Positions 53,300 through 64,000 of a stretch of DNA of 64,000 nucleotides are shown here, in pieces. A program made the position numbers and the translations under genes. How positions within the stretch are numbered: position 1 is the first letter of the stretch; the number at the start of each line of letters is the position of its first letter. Under the pieces are notes generated by a model. That model had not been told where the DNA came from. It saw only the letters and a program-made list of their open reading frames with translations, and did no database searches. The stretch comes from Octopus vulgaris (Eukaryota). The stretch covers positions 58,590,001 through 58,654,000 of the forward strand of contig OX597833.1 of assembly GCA_951406725.2 (NCBI GenBank), given 5' to 3'.

Positions 53300-53339
53300 T
53301 TGTGTATAAAAATTTGGTCTCCTTTTTTTTTTTTCTCAG

Positions 53340-53487
53340 ATTCTGTATACACTTGTGTTCCTGCTGACGTTACGACAACACATGCGTGAGAAACAGCTGA
53401 AGACAGAGACGACTAATGAAGGTTATGCTCTAGGGCGTCTGGACACCGGTAGCACCTCCATCACCCCTGCTGTCTCTGAGACACTGT
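53340..53487 (+). CDS. Piezo: Piezo exon (ILYTLVFLLTLRQHMREKQLKTETTNEGYALGRLDTGSTSITPAVSETL)
   Basis: Poly-T ctcag acceptor, phase 0; LYTLxFxLxLRQxxxEK motif. The 3' end is uncertain (donor t|gtaggt assumed). Confidence 0.85.
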
Positions 53488-56125
53488 GTAGGTTAAAGGA
53501 AAAAAAAAAAAAAAAAATCAATGAAAATATCCCATCCTCTCAAACCAGTTTTGAAAATTCCTCGCAACCCCACCCAAAAAAAAAAAAACCGAAAAAAAAA
53601 ATTAATTTTGAGCCTGGCACAGCATCTTTCGTTCTCTCTTTTATGTAGTAGTTTCACTGTTAGTAATATCGTGCATGTGACCGATCACTATCATTTGTAC
53701 TTAATTTGAATATTTGTTGTCAATGATCTTTCCTCTTTTTTTTTTGCATCACTGTTTCTATCTGTTCAGAATTTAAACATTCTTTTTAGTAGTCTTTTAA
53801 TAGTCTCTCTCTCTCTCTCTTCTTGCACCCTTTCTTCAATTTGAGAGTTTGTTTTTGGCAACAGCATTTCTTAGTCTTGTGCTGCAACAGGTCTTTAAGC
53901 AAATAACTTCATTGCTTGGCAAAAAGAAAATGATTATTTTTGCTCTCTGTTACTGCTTTTTTTTGTATATTTCTGTAGTTCATTTAGATTTAGTCTAAGC
54001 ATTTTATTTTGGCAGTTTTAGCATGATGTTCGCCTACTTTGTTTTTCTAAAGTTATTACTTTCTCATTGCAGCCATTATTTGTTTGTCTCTGTTTATTGG
54101 AATCGTGCTTAAAGCATTCATTTTTGCGCCTTGTTGCATTGTTTTTGGATAAAACAAAGCAAGTCTTGAGATGTTATTACTGAGTTGATTAAATGGCGAA
54201 TTCAAGAAATCCTTATCATTGATTCCAAATTGTGAAATTGCTTCACTTTATCTAATTTTCATGGAAAAAAAAAAAGCTTCTATTCTACAAATATTCAATC
54301 TAAGCATGCTTTCAAGACACCAGAAAAAAGAAAGCCATTCTTATTTTGTGGAGAGGTGTGATGCTAGGTTATGTTTTGTTAAACTGGTTTTGCAATTTAG
54401 TTCAACTAGTTTATCTACACTGTTTATTGTTCTTGGGAAAGGTACTAACACCACCACTTCCTGTTTCTTTATTTCTTCAGTCACTGGCTTTGTGTCATGT
54501 TTTTGTGTAGTTGGTGCCTCCAAAAAAGAAAAAAAAAAGAAAAACAAAATAACTGTAGTTGCTCCCTAATTTTGGGGATACCTTCTTGCTGAATTGTTAT
54601 TGTTGGTCTCATTCATTTACCCTACGGAAATCCCCCGTGGTTGCTTGGTTGTTGTTGTTGTGTGTGTGTGTGTATGTCTTTCAAACAAGGAACATTCAAC
54701 TGATAAATACATAATCTGAGAAGACCAATTTACTCAACTCATTCTAACCGCTCTTCCCCACCTTTCTGCAAATTTACTGGAAGACAACCCTTCTCCATCC
54801 ATCCCCTTCGTCTTCGAGTGGTCTTCGGAAAATCTGATGGGAGTTTGATCAAAAGGGGAAAGTCTGGTCTTTAGGCCTGTCAATCTTGTCAATTACCCTA
54901 CATCATCCATCATAGTCACCAGGCAGGGGAAAACTGGTCACCCTCCCTGCCAAAGTGCGGTAGTGGCTGTGATCTTCATGAAGGGATTTACTAACAGCTG
55001 GATTTGTGCTGCGTATGATATACTATAAATGTTGTTTGACATAAGTCACCGGTTAGGGCACTGAATAAGTGTGTGGAGGATGGTTTTGTCAGATTTCAAG
55101 CATCTCAGATATCCTTCTTTAAAAGTCCTTAAGTACCTGTAGAGTTTATCCTGAACTAGCAAAGCCCTTCAGCAGCACCAACATACTAGCATTACTGGAA
55201 AGTTCTGCTACAAAGAAATCTTGGAAGCAGCTCATAGTCCTTGAGTGGCAAGTTCTCTGCAAGAGACCATCCAGTTGATCTTTGTTGATACCTTATATCT
55301 TATGTAATTTTTAATGTCTTTTATACTGTTATGGGAAAATTCTGAACACCTTTACGTGACTGAAGGCTGACTAGCAGATTACAATAGGTAAGAACTATGT
55401 GAACTGTCAGTGGAGTAGTTGACAGTGTTCAACTATGTTGGTCAACCGTGTTAGTTCGGCGTGTGTTGGTTTAACAGTCGGTAGTTGAACCATGAATACT
55501 AAGTATTGCACCTACATTGAGTAGTATGGAGTGTGTTCTGTGTTAACATATATTTCTGCGATAGGTTATTTTTACATAACCGCAGCGAACTATTTATTTG
55601 TGTATTTTATCTATGTAATTACAATTTATGTAATTTTTTAATGAGTTTTATACTGTTATGGGATAATCTTGAGCACCCTCCCTTGACTGAAGGTAGACAA
55701 ATAAGAACCATTTTGCACCAGGTGTGTATCCCCATGTCATAACACATATGAGTACAAAGATTAACACTACTTAAATGTCTAGAGAGTAAATTAGAAGACC
55801 TGTTATTCCTAGCATGTAGATTTCAACAATTTTGTAAAATTGAGAAGACTTTTTATCCTGTTAGCACCTTCTGATTAGACATGTAAGTATAATGTAGACA
55901 TGTACTACATTATACTACAAGTATAATTAGACATGTACTATAATGTAAGTATAGTTGTAAACGAGCGTCATTGTCATACAAATGACACTGTTCATTTCCA
56001 GTCTTTCACACGAACATGGAAGCATGAAGTTAGGTGACAGGAAGAGCATCCAGACATAGGAAATGTAGCTTAACAGATTTTCTCTGACCATGCAGTCATA
56101 GAAAATATATTAAAACAGTGATGAT

Positions 56126-56178
<53 letters not shown>

Positions 56179-56229
56179 AAAAAAAAAGTCAAGATAGAAA
56201 ATGCTAAAATAATTTTATAAAAAACATTT

Positions 56230-56265
56230 CAGTACCGGTTTCAGTCATTGAGACTTTTTCAACTG
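56230..56265 (-). ncRNA. Minimal type I hammerhead ribozyme, U3-A8 variant
   Basis: Minus strand CAG-UUGAAAA-AGUC ucaau GACU-GAAA-CCGG-UA-CUG; perfect stem II, palindromic stem III. Confidence 0.65.
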
Positions 56266-56517
56266 TAACAATTAAATAATTAAATTTAGAAAAATTAAAA
56301 GAAAAATTTTTTAAAAGAATATTTGTATAGTGTTTAAATACAAGAGACATTTTCCTTGTTTCTACCTGTCTCTGTCTCTCTTGTTTACTCTTGTGGGTTC
56401 AAGGTCCTTGTGAATTCTTGGTAGGAAAGAAGAAAAAGGAGGAGAAGAAGATGAAGAATTTGGGAGTGCCACGATAGTAGTATTTTGAATGGTCAGTAGC
56501 AGTCCTTGTTCAATTCA

Positions 56518-56556
<39 letters not shown>

Positions 56557-57047
56557 TTTTCTCTTATTCTTATTAGTTGCTTCAGGTCTTTATATATAAT
56601 ACCTCTATACCAAACCAATTTATAGTTTGCTTGACTGGCAGTATGTGAGTAACATACTTTTTCCCCCGCCCCTCATCTCCCCATTCACTTCTTATCCAAT
56701 GGAAGTACCGAGATATTAAAGCTAAGAGAAGTCTCCCCAGCAACTTGGAATTATTACCTTCTGCTCCATCTGAAAGATTATTATTTTGTTTCTCTGTGTT
56801 TATTCCTTGGCTGTATTCGGTATTCTCTTGTGTAAGCACTTTCCTTGTTTTATATGGTCACAGCAATAATTTTTTCAATGTTTGAAAACAATCATGGAAA
56901 ATATAAAAACGTTTTTTTTCGTTTCAGTTAAGGTTCTTATATATTCTTTTTTCTTATCCTTCCAGTTGCCATCTTCTTTTGGTTTTCAATGAGTTTTACT
57001 TTTTTCCAGATATTATTATTATTATTTGTTTATACAGATAATATTTA

Positions 57048-57337
57048 GTTTTTGGATTTGGTTTGCAAGATTCTTTATATGAGTTTGTGTGTTGAAGCAT
57101 ATTTTGTTGTGTCTGGGGAGAGTCATTTTCTTTTTGTGCCTTATTATGTAACACACTCACTGGTAAAATTTCCACTTTTTTCTTATTTTTATTGTCCTAA
57201 AATTTTCAATAGATTGAAAAGTTTGCAAGATGCAACGAAAATTTTAGGACAATAAAAATAAGAAAAAAGTGGAAATTTTACCGGTGAGTGTGTTACATAA
57301 TAAGGCACAAAAAGAAAATGACTCTCCCCAGACACAA
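57048..57337. mobile_element. Asymmetric fold-back insertion with 13-bp flanking duplication
   Basis: About 103-bp near-perfect arms (57104-57207, 57237-57338); cagataatattta at 57035 and 57338. Confidence 0.85.
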
Positions 57338-58775
57338 CAGATAATATTTAATTAGAGAGAAAAAGACAATTGAAAAGAGAACATGGGTTAATTATTTGAA
57401 TCGTTTTGACAAGTATGGTGAATTAATTACTTTGTAGGTTTAATGAGATTAAAACATGTCTCGAGTTGTTTTCCTTAATTGCTGAAACAATTAAAAATAT
57501 TAGTAATTATGATATATGATCTCCTCTCCCGACTATGTAAATATTTCTAATTAGATTTTTTTTTACTCTGCACTAAATAGGTTCACCCTTCAACTCCCCA
57601 CCCACTACTTTAACTATTTATCATTTATTTAATTGATTTTTGAGAAATTGTCTTTCAGTGTAGGGCTCTGCACACAAAAAGAGAATTAAGTTGATTGTTA
57701 TAGAATACCAAGTAAGTAGTTTTGTTAAAACCCACCCCCTCAAAAAAAAAAAAAAAAAAAGAAAAGCAAAAACAAAGCAAAACAAATCAATAGCACTCTA
57801 ACAGTGCTGGTATGGAGGTGCCACCTTGTAGTCTTCTATTTGATTATTTGTTTTATTTTAATTTTGTTTTGTTGATGTGACTAATCTGATTTTTTTTGTT
57901 TTTTGAAGCTAACTTACTTCCACATTTTACCAAATTTTAGTTTGATTTGTTTTTTAAGTGAATTTTATTTTTATGCTGTTCACGTTTGGGACTTTAACTA
58001 TCACAATGTACTAATACTGATCTCTAATTTTGGCACAAGGCCAGCAATTTCAAGGGAGTAGGTAAGTTGAATACATCGGGGTGTGGCCGAAAGCTTGGGT
58101 TTCAGTTTCACTTCAGTATTGGAGCTGCTTATATATTGCTTATTTATTAGTTTGGAGGGAAGGGTAGTGCCTATGACCCTTTAGAGAGCCTCCAGGAATA
58201 ATAGTGGATGGGAGGAAGGATGGAGGAAATTATGGGGTTACTTTAGCATGTGGTCTACCACAGTACCTGTAGTCAACACTGTGAACTGACCTGACCTAGG
58301 TTAGGGTTTAAGATTAAGGTTAGAGTTTAGGGTTAATGTTTGAGGGTTAGAGTTAGGTGTTAAGGTTAGAGTTGAGGTTGAACTGCTTAATTGTAAATGG
58401 TCAGGCAGACTGCATTGTAAATTGGTACCGAAGGTATCCCCAAACCAGACGTCCCTGGCCTGGATGCTTGTAACTAAGTGGACATGCAAGGGCCACATGA
58501 TGTTGCTAAACCCAGGCAAGGGATTAGGTCTACCACCCCAGTAGTTCAGTGCAGGATTTGCACTTAGAATGCAAAGATCTGAAGCAGATACCGCAAATCT
58601 CAGACTTCTGATGTTTCCAATGACCCACTTTTGTTGAGTGGTACTTTACTGACCTTTCTAAAAGGATGAAAGGGCAAGGATTTGAACACATAACACATGG
58701 TGCTATAAATACCACAAAGCATTTTGTCTGATTCTTGAATAATTGTGCTAATTCCATGCCAATGGCGGCAAATAT

Positions 58776-58947
58776 AGGCGCAGGAGTGGCTGTGTGGTAA
58801 GTAGCTTGCTAACCAACCACATGGTTCCGGGTTCAGTCCCACTGCCTGGCATCTTGGGCAAGTGTCTTCTGCTATAGCCCCGGGCCGACCAATGCCTTGT
58901 GAGTGGATTTGGTAGACGGAAACTGAAAGAAGCCTGTCGTATATATG

Positions 58948-58980
<33 letters not shown>

Positions 58981-59140
58981 CTGTGTTTACGTCCCCGTCA
59001 CCTAGCGGTTCGGCAAAAGAGACCGATAGGATAAGTACTGGGCTTACAAAGAATAAGTCCCGGGGTCGATTTGCTCGACTAAAGGCGGTGCCCCAGTATG
59101 CCCACAGTCAAATGACTGAAACAAGTAAAAGAGAAAGAGT
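58776..59140 (+). mobile_element. SINE family A
   Basis: Matches 3645-4055. Confidence 0.88.
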
Positions 59141-59429
59141 AAATAGCTAATAAAAGCATCACAGTTTGCTTGAAGCATTGAAGTACAGAAGCTGAAAATG
59201 AATGGAAAGAGACAAGGAAACCTTCTAACAATGCAGAAAGATTTAAAAAATAAACCCATTGTATTTCGAGTGAATAGGCCTATCTTCAGAAAAATACAGT
59301 CAAACAAATGTGTATTTAGAGATACTTTTTTTTTATTTTGGACTGCTACTAATGGCTGATTGGACTGTTAGCAATAGCTAATTGATAATAGCTAATAATA
59401 GCCAATTAACCAGTAAATAGCATATCAAA

Positions 59430-59843
59430 ATGTCATCATCATTGTTCAACCATGGTCGAGACAATGGAATTTACTATGCTACACCAGATTTCATGGTCCA
59501 TCATAGCATTTACGGAGGTCCTGTTGCTGGATGCCTGTATTCCCTGGAGATTACATCAAGGTAGGAGAGTGTGCGCCCTCTGGTATCGCGAGTAGATGGC
59601 TTCCAGAGGAGAAGAGTAGAAATTACCTCGTTTTCAGCTCTACAACAATGTCCAGCAAACTGGACTCTTCTACCTTTCACAAGAGATGACACAGGTGGTA
59701 GTTTCCCATATATTTGTACTTTGGTTAGATGACGCTTCCACGAGATATTTTGAGCTCTCATAAGGAGGCGCGTGTAGGTTCTATCCAACCAGCTCTCAAG
59801 CTTCTTTGATAACGTCCAGGTTTCTGAGCCATATAGTAGAATC
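59430..59843 (-). mobile_element. RTE-group LINE 3' fragment
   Basis: ILLYGSETWTL...RRVQFAGHCCR motifs. Confidence 0.8.
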
Positions 59844-59969
59844 AAAATGCCCTCTTATTGTTAAACAGCTAATGAACTTACATATCAAAATGTTTCATCA
59901 TGAAAATAACTGAAGTTTCTAGAGTCTCTGATGTTTCATAGGATTGGTACTAAATTATAGTTTTATATT

Positions 59970-60227
59970 ATGCCGGTGGCACATAAAAAGCACCATCCGT
60001 TTGTGGCCGTTTGCCAGCTCTGTCTGGCACCTGTGCGGGTGGCACGTAAAAAGCACCCACTACACTCACGGAGTGGTTGGCGTTAGGAAGGGCATCCAGC
60101 CGTAGAAACACTGCCAGATTTGACTGGGCCTGATGAAGCCTTCTGGCTTCACAGACCCCAGTAGAACCGTCCAACCCATGCTAGCATGGAAAACGGACGC
60201 TAAACGATGATGATGATGATGATGATG
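59970..60227 (+). mobile_element. Retroposon family C
   Basis: Same 3' end with (GAT)n tail. Confidence 0.8.
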
Positions 60228-61041
60228 TGAATCAGAAAATAAAGTTTTCTCTGAGGTAGATTGCCAGTTATGTTTAAATACGTGAAACTGGATGGGGGTA
60301 GCTTAGGGGTAAACATTGGTCAAGAGAAACAGCCGAAAGACTATAGCTTTGTGTTTTGATGTACAACACAAATATCAACTTTGATATTAGTTGACAAATA
60401 CATGAAACCATCAAGTATTTAACCTATATATACGAAGTTATATAGCCTTGACCCTGAAATCAATATTAAATATTGGTTTCAAATTTTGGCACAAGGCCAG
60501 CTATTTTGAAGGGAGCAGGGAGAGTCGATTACTTTGATCCCAGAACTCAACTGCTACTTATTTTATTGACCCCAAAAGGATGAAAGGCAAAGTTAATCTC
60601 AGTGGAATCTCAGAACATAAAGATTGACAAAATGCTGCCAAGCATTTTGCCCTTCGTGCTAATGATTTTGCTAGCTTGCCAACTTAAATCTCTCTCTATA
60701 TATAAATGGCAAAATGTCTGTCTGTGTGTGTCCTTTATACAAATCCACAATTTTTCAGTTAGAGAGCTTGCACTTTCTATGGTCATTCAAAACCGTCCAA
60801 GGGTGGTCGTGCACATCTTTACATTTCCCCAGTCACCCTGCAAAGCCATTAAAAGATCAATAGAAGTGACTTTTTTGTGAATTTTCTATCGAAAACCCAA
60901 TCAAAATGCCCGAAACTTGATATGCCAATTGAATGCCAGCTAGCTGTATGTGATTGGTCGGAGTACAGTAAATAACGTTTTAAATAATTGGTTTTAATTT
61001 GTTAATATTAATTATTAATAAGCAGTTTTCTTGGGTTAAGC

Positions 61042-61338
61042 CAGTAGTTTCCAAAGTGAGTGGCATTGAGCCCCTGCAGGCAGTGGAAAGTTCCAAGGGG
61101 GTGTTGAAGAAAAGTGAGGCGATAATGGGGGAGTGATTCATGCAAAAAGTGGGGGCGATAAAGGGATAGCGAATCACATAGAAACAACAAAATAATGGGT
61201 TTGTTAGGTTAGGTTCTACTTGTGAAATACCGTTGCTTTGAATTTGCTTCAGAAAGAGGTCTAGGTTTGTGATGGTTAGTTGGGGTGGGTGTCAAGAGGG
61301 GCAGGGGGTGGCATCCCCCAAAAGTTTGGGAACCACTG
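61042..61338. mobile_element. hAT-like MITE
   Basis: TIRs cagtagtttccaaa / tttgggaaccactg; degenerate 8-bp TSD. Confidence 0.55.
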
Positions 61339-61756
61339 GGTTGAATCATTACTTAAAATATAATAAAACTAATTGCAATGCTTTAAACCATAACTTAATT
61401 ACTTAATTAGCTTATGCTTAAATCTGGTTTTGGGTCCTGCTCTTGTTTTTTTTTTTTTATATCAAGATGTTTAATATATATATATCCACTGGTCAGTGCT
61501 TAGTTTCACCAGCAATAAGTTTAATTTAACACAAAATATTTTAACATAGGCAGCACAGGTCATGGCTGTGGATAGACACAGGTATGGCTGTGGATAGACA
61601 CAGGTATGGCTGTGTGGTTAAGAAGCTTGCTTTGCAACCACATGGTTTCAGGTTCAGTCCCACTTTGCAGTACTTTGGACAAGTGTCTTTTGCTATAAGC
61701 CCTGACCAACCAATACCCTGTAAGTGAATTTGCTTGATGGAAAATATATGAGTTCT

Positions 61757-62085
61757 TTGTTTGTCTGTTTGTCTCTCTGTCCGTCCATCTGGCTGGCCAT
61801 CTGTCTGTCTGGCTATCTCTCTGTCTGGCTATCTCTCTGTCTGTCTGGCTATCTTTCTTTTGTCTGTCTTTCTGTCTGTCTATCTTTCTGTCTGTCTAAC
61901 TTTCTGTCTAAATATCTCTCTGTCTGTCTGTCTAGCTAGCTATCTTTCTGTATGTCTGTCTACCTAACTCTCTGTCTGTCTGTCTGTCTGTCTGACTATC
62001 TTTCTTTCTCTCTGACTATTTTTCTGTCTGTCTGTCTGTCTATCTTTCTTTCTGTCTAGCTATCTTTTTGTCTGTCTGTTTGTCT
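61757..62085. repeat. (TCTG/TCTA)n expansion in the centre of a SINE A copy
   Basis: SINE A halves on both sides (61600-61745, 62090-62190). Confidence 0.85.
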
Positions 62086-62314
62086 CCCCCTCCCACCACT
62101 TGACAACCGCATTGATTTGTTTACGTCCTTTGTAACTTAGCAGTTTGGCAAAAGAAACCTATAGAATAACTACTGGATTTAAAAAAAAAAAAAAGAAACA
62201 AATATTCAGTGGTGTTGATTTGTTTTGACGAAACCCTTCAGAACAATCAAGTGTTGAACCCTTATCTTTGAAACTTTCCACAAAAAAAAAAACAAAACAA
62301 TGTTAATATGTGCA

Positions 62315-62577
62315 GGTGTCACGTAAAAAGCACCATTTGAGCGTGGCCGCTGCCAGTACCGCCTGACTAGCCCTCATGACGGTGGCACATAAAAGCACCC
62401 ACTACACTCTCGGAGTGGTTGGCGTTAGGTAGGGCATCCAGCTGTAGAAACTCTGCCAGATCAACACTGGAGCCTGGTGCAGCCATCTGGTTCGCCGGCC
62501 CTCAGTCAAATCGTCCAACCCATGCTAGCATGGAAAGCGGACGTTAAATGATGATGATGATGATGATGATGATGATG
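62315..62577 (+). mobile_element. Retroposon family C
   Basis: Same 3' end with (GAT)n tail. Confidence 0.8.
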
Positions 62578-63141
62578 TTTGATAAAGTTACAGATGTTTG
62601 CTAATTTGCTGATGTGCTAATGTTCACCTTCTGGCCCCTGTTCCTCACTCACTCCATCCTGGTATGTATTTGGGATGGCTATTTAATTAGTTAATTAATT
62701 AAGTGAGCAGAACTGGGAACAAAAGCATAAATATTTATGACATGTGTACATACATGATTAATGGAATTGTTTGATCATTAGTTATTAGTTATCCATCAGT
62801 AACTGTTATCATCTTCATTATCATTGTTATCATGAATAGATTTATCGTCAGTGATGAGTATATTAATTTCGTGGGGAATATGGCGAGAGCTGTGATGCAT
62901 GTTATGCCTTTACAAGCCTTGTTTATTAATTGTTATTAGAAAGTGAATGGAACTACAACCAAGGATTTGAAATCTACTTACATCATTGTGAGTTTTTGAA
63001 TCCATCTATTTTGCTTGCCTGTCCCCACTCTCCTCAAGAATACAGAATCTTTAACTTCATCATCAATTATAGTGCCATAAATCCTGTCTATATCCCCAGT
63101 ATGTTGATGAGAAGAAAATAATAGTCCAGAAAATGATAGTC

Positions 63142-63561
63142 AAGGCGGTGAGCTGGCAGAAACGTTAGCACACCGGGCGAAATGCTTAGCTGTATTTCGT
63201 CTGCCGCTACGTTCTGAGTTCAAATTCCGCCAAGGTCAACTTTGCTCTTCTTCATCCTTTCGGGGTCGATTAAATAAGTACCAGTTATGCACTGGGGTGA
63301 TATAATCGACTTAATCCCTTTGTCTGTCCTTGTTTGTCCTCTCTGTGTTTAGCCTCTTGTGGGTAGTAAAGAAATAGGTATTACATCTGCCGTTATGTTC
63401 TGAGATCAAATTCTGCTGAGGTCGACTTTGCCTTTCATTCTTTCAGGGGTTGATGAATTAACTACCAGTTATGCACTGGGGTTCAATGTAGTCGACTTAA
63501 TCCCTTTCTCTGCCCTTGTTTGTGCCCTCTATGTTTAGCCCCTTGTGGACAATAAAGAAAT
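63142..63561 (+). mobile_element. SINE family B, one head plus two bodies
   Basis: Flanking repeat aagaaaataatagtccag. Confidence 0.85.
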
Positions 63562-64000
63562 AAGAAAATAATAGTCCAGTAAGTGCAGGCATGGTCGTAT
63601 TGTTAAAGAAGTTTACTTCCCAGCCTCATAGCTTCAAGTTTAGCCCTACTACTGGCATCTTGAGCAGTTGCGTTCAGCTATAACCCTTGCCCAACCAAAG
63701 CCTTTGTGAGAGGGAATTAAAAGAAGGCCTGTCATATATGTGTGCGTGTTTGTGCCTCCTCGATTGACATTTTGTGATTGTTGTAAATGAGCGTCACTGT
63801 CGTACGAGTGTTATCAGTTGTTTCCAATCTACCACGAAAGACTTAACTGGTCTCGGTGAAGTAATACCTTGCTTGGAAACAAGTGAGGGTCAGCAAGAAG
63901 GACTTCTCGCCATAGAAAATCTGCCTCAACTGATTCTGTCTTGCACATGCAAACATGGAAAAGTGGACATTAGAAAACTATGATGGGGATCAACATGGTT

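Noticed and set aside
57664-57711. Possible 48-nt Piezo exon (GSAHKKRIKLIVIEYQ, gtaagt donor)
   Set aside because: Open only in phase 0, while the preceding exon's plausible donors are phase 1 or 2; a competing upstream AG gives stops. Not excluded without RNA data.

Overview
AT-rich, repeat-dense animal genomic DNA. The SINE set and microsatellites suggest a coleoid cephalopod such as Octopus (inference). The window lies inside one + strand gene, a Piezo mechanosensitive channel. Eight internal coding exons chain in frame through GT-AG junctions (14222-53487) and encode the N-terminal blade repeats; the first exons and the rest of the gene appear to lie outside the window. A ninth, 36-nt symmetric microexon candidate at 45793-45828 would add an ExxxLL motif. 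Introns hold SINEs, LINE remnants (CR1, RTE, R4/Dong-like), a deleted mariner, hAT and piggyBac MITEs, non-autonomous Helitrons and satellites. Leads: (1) a Penelope-like (Naiad-type) GIY-YIG element with a variant hammerhead ribozyme, plus several microsatellite-embedded palindromes and minimal hammerheads, including a clean U3-A8 variant; (2) a SINE inserted as one head plus 1-4 tandem 184-bp bodies between target-site duplications; (3) inverted piggyBac-MITE arrays bracketing two Piezo exons, a circRNA-type layout. All calls were read by eye, with no database searches.
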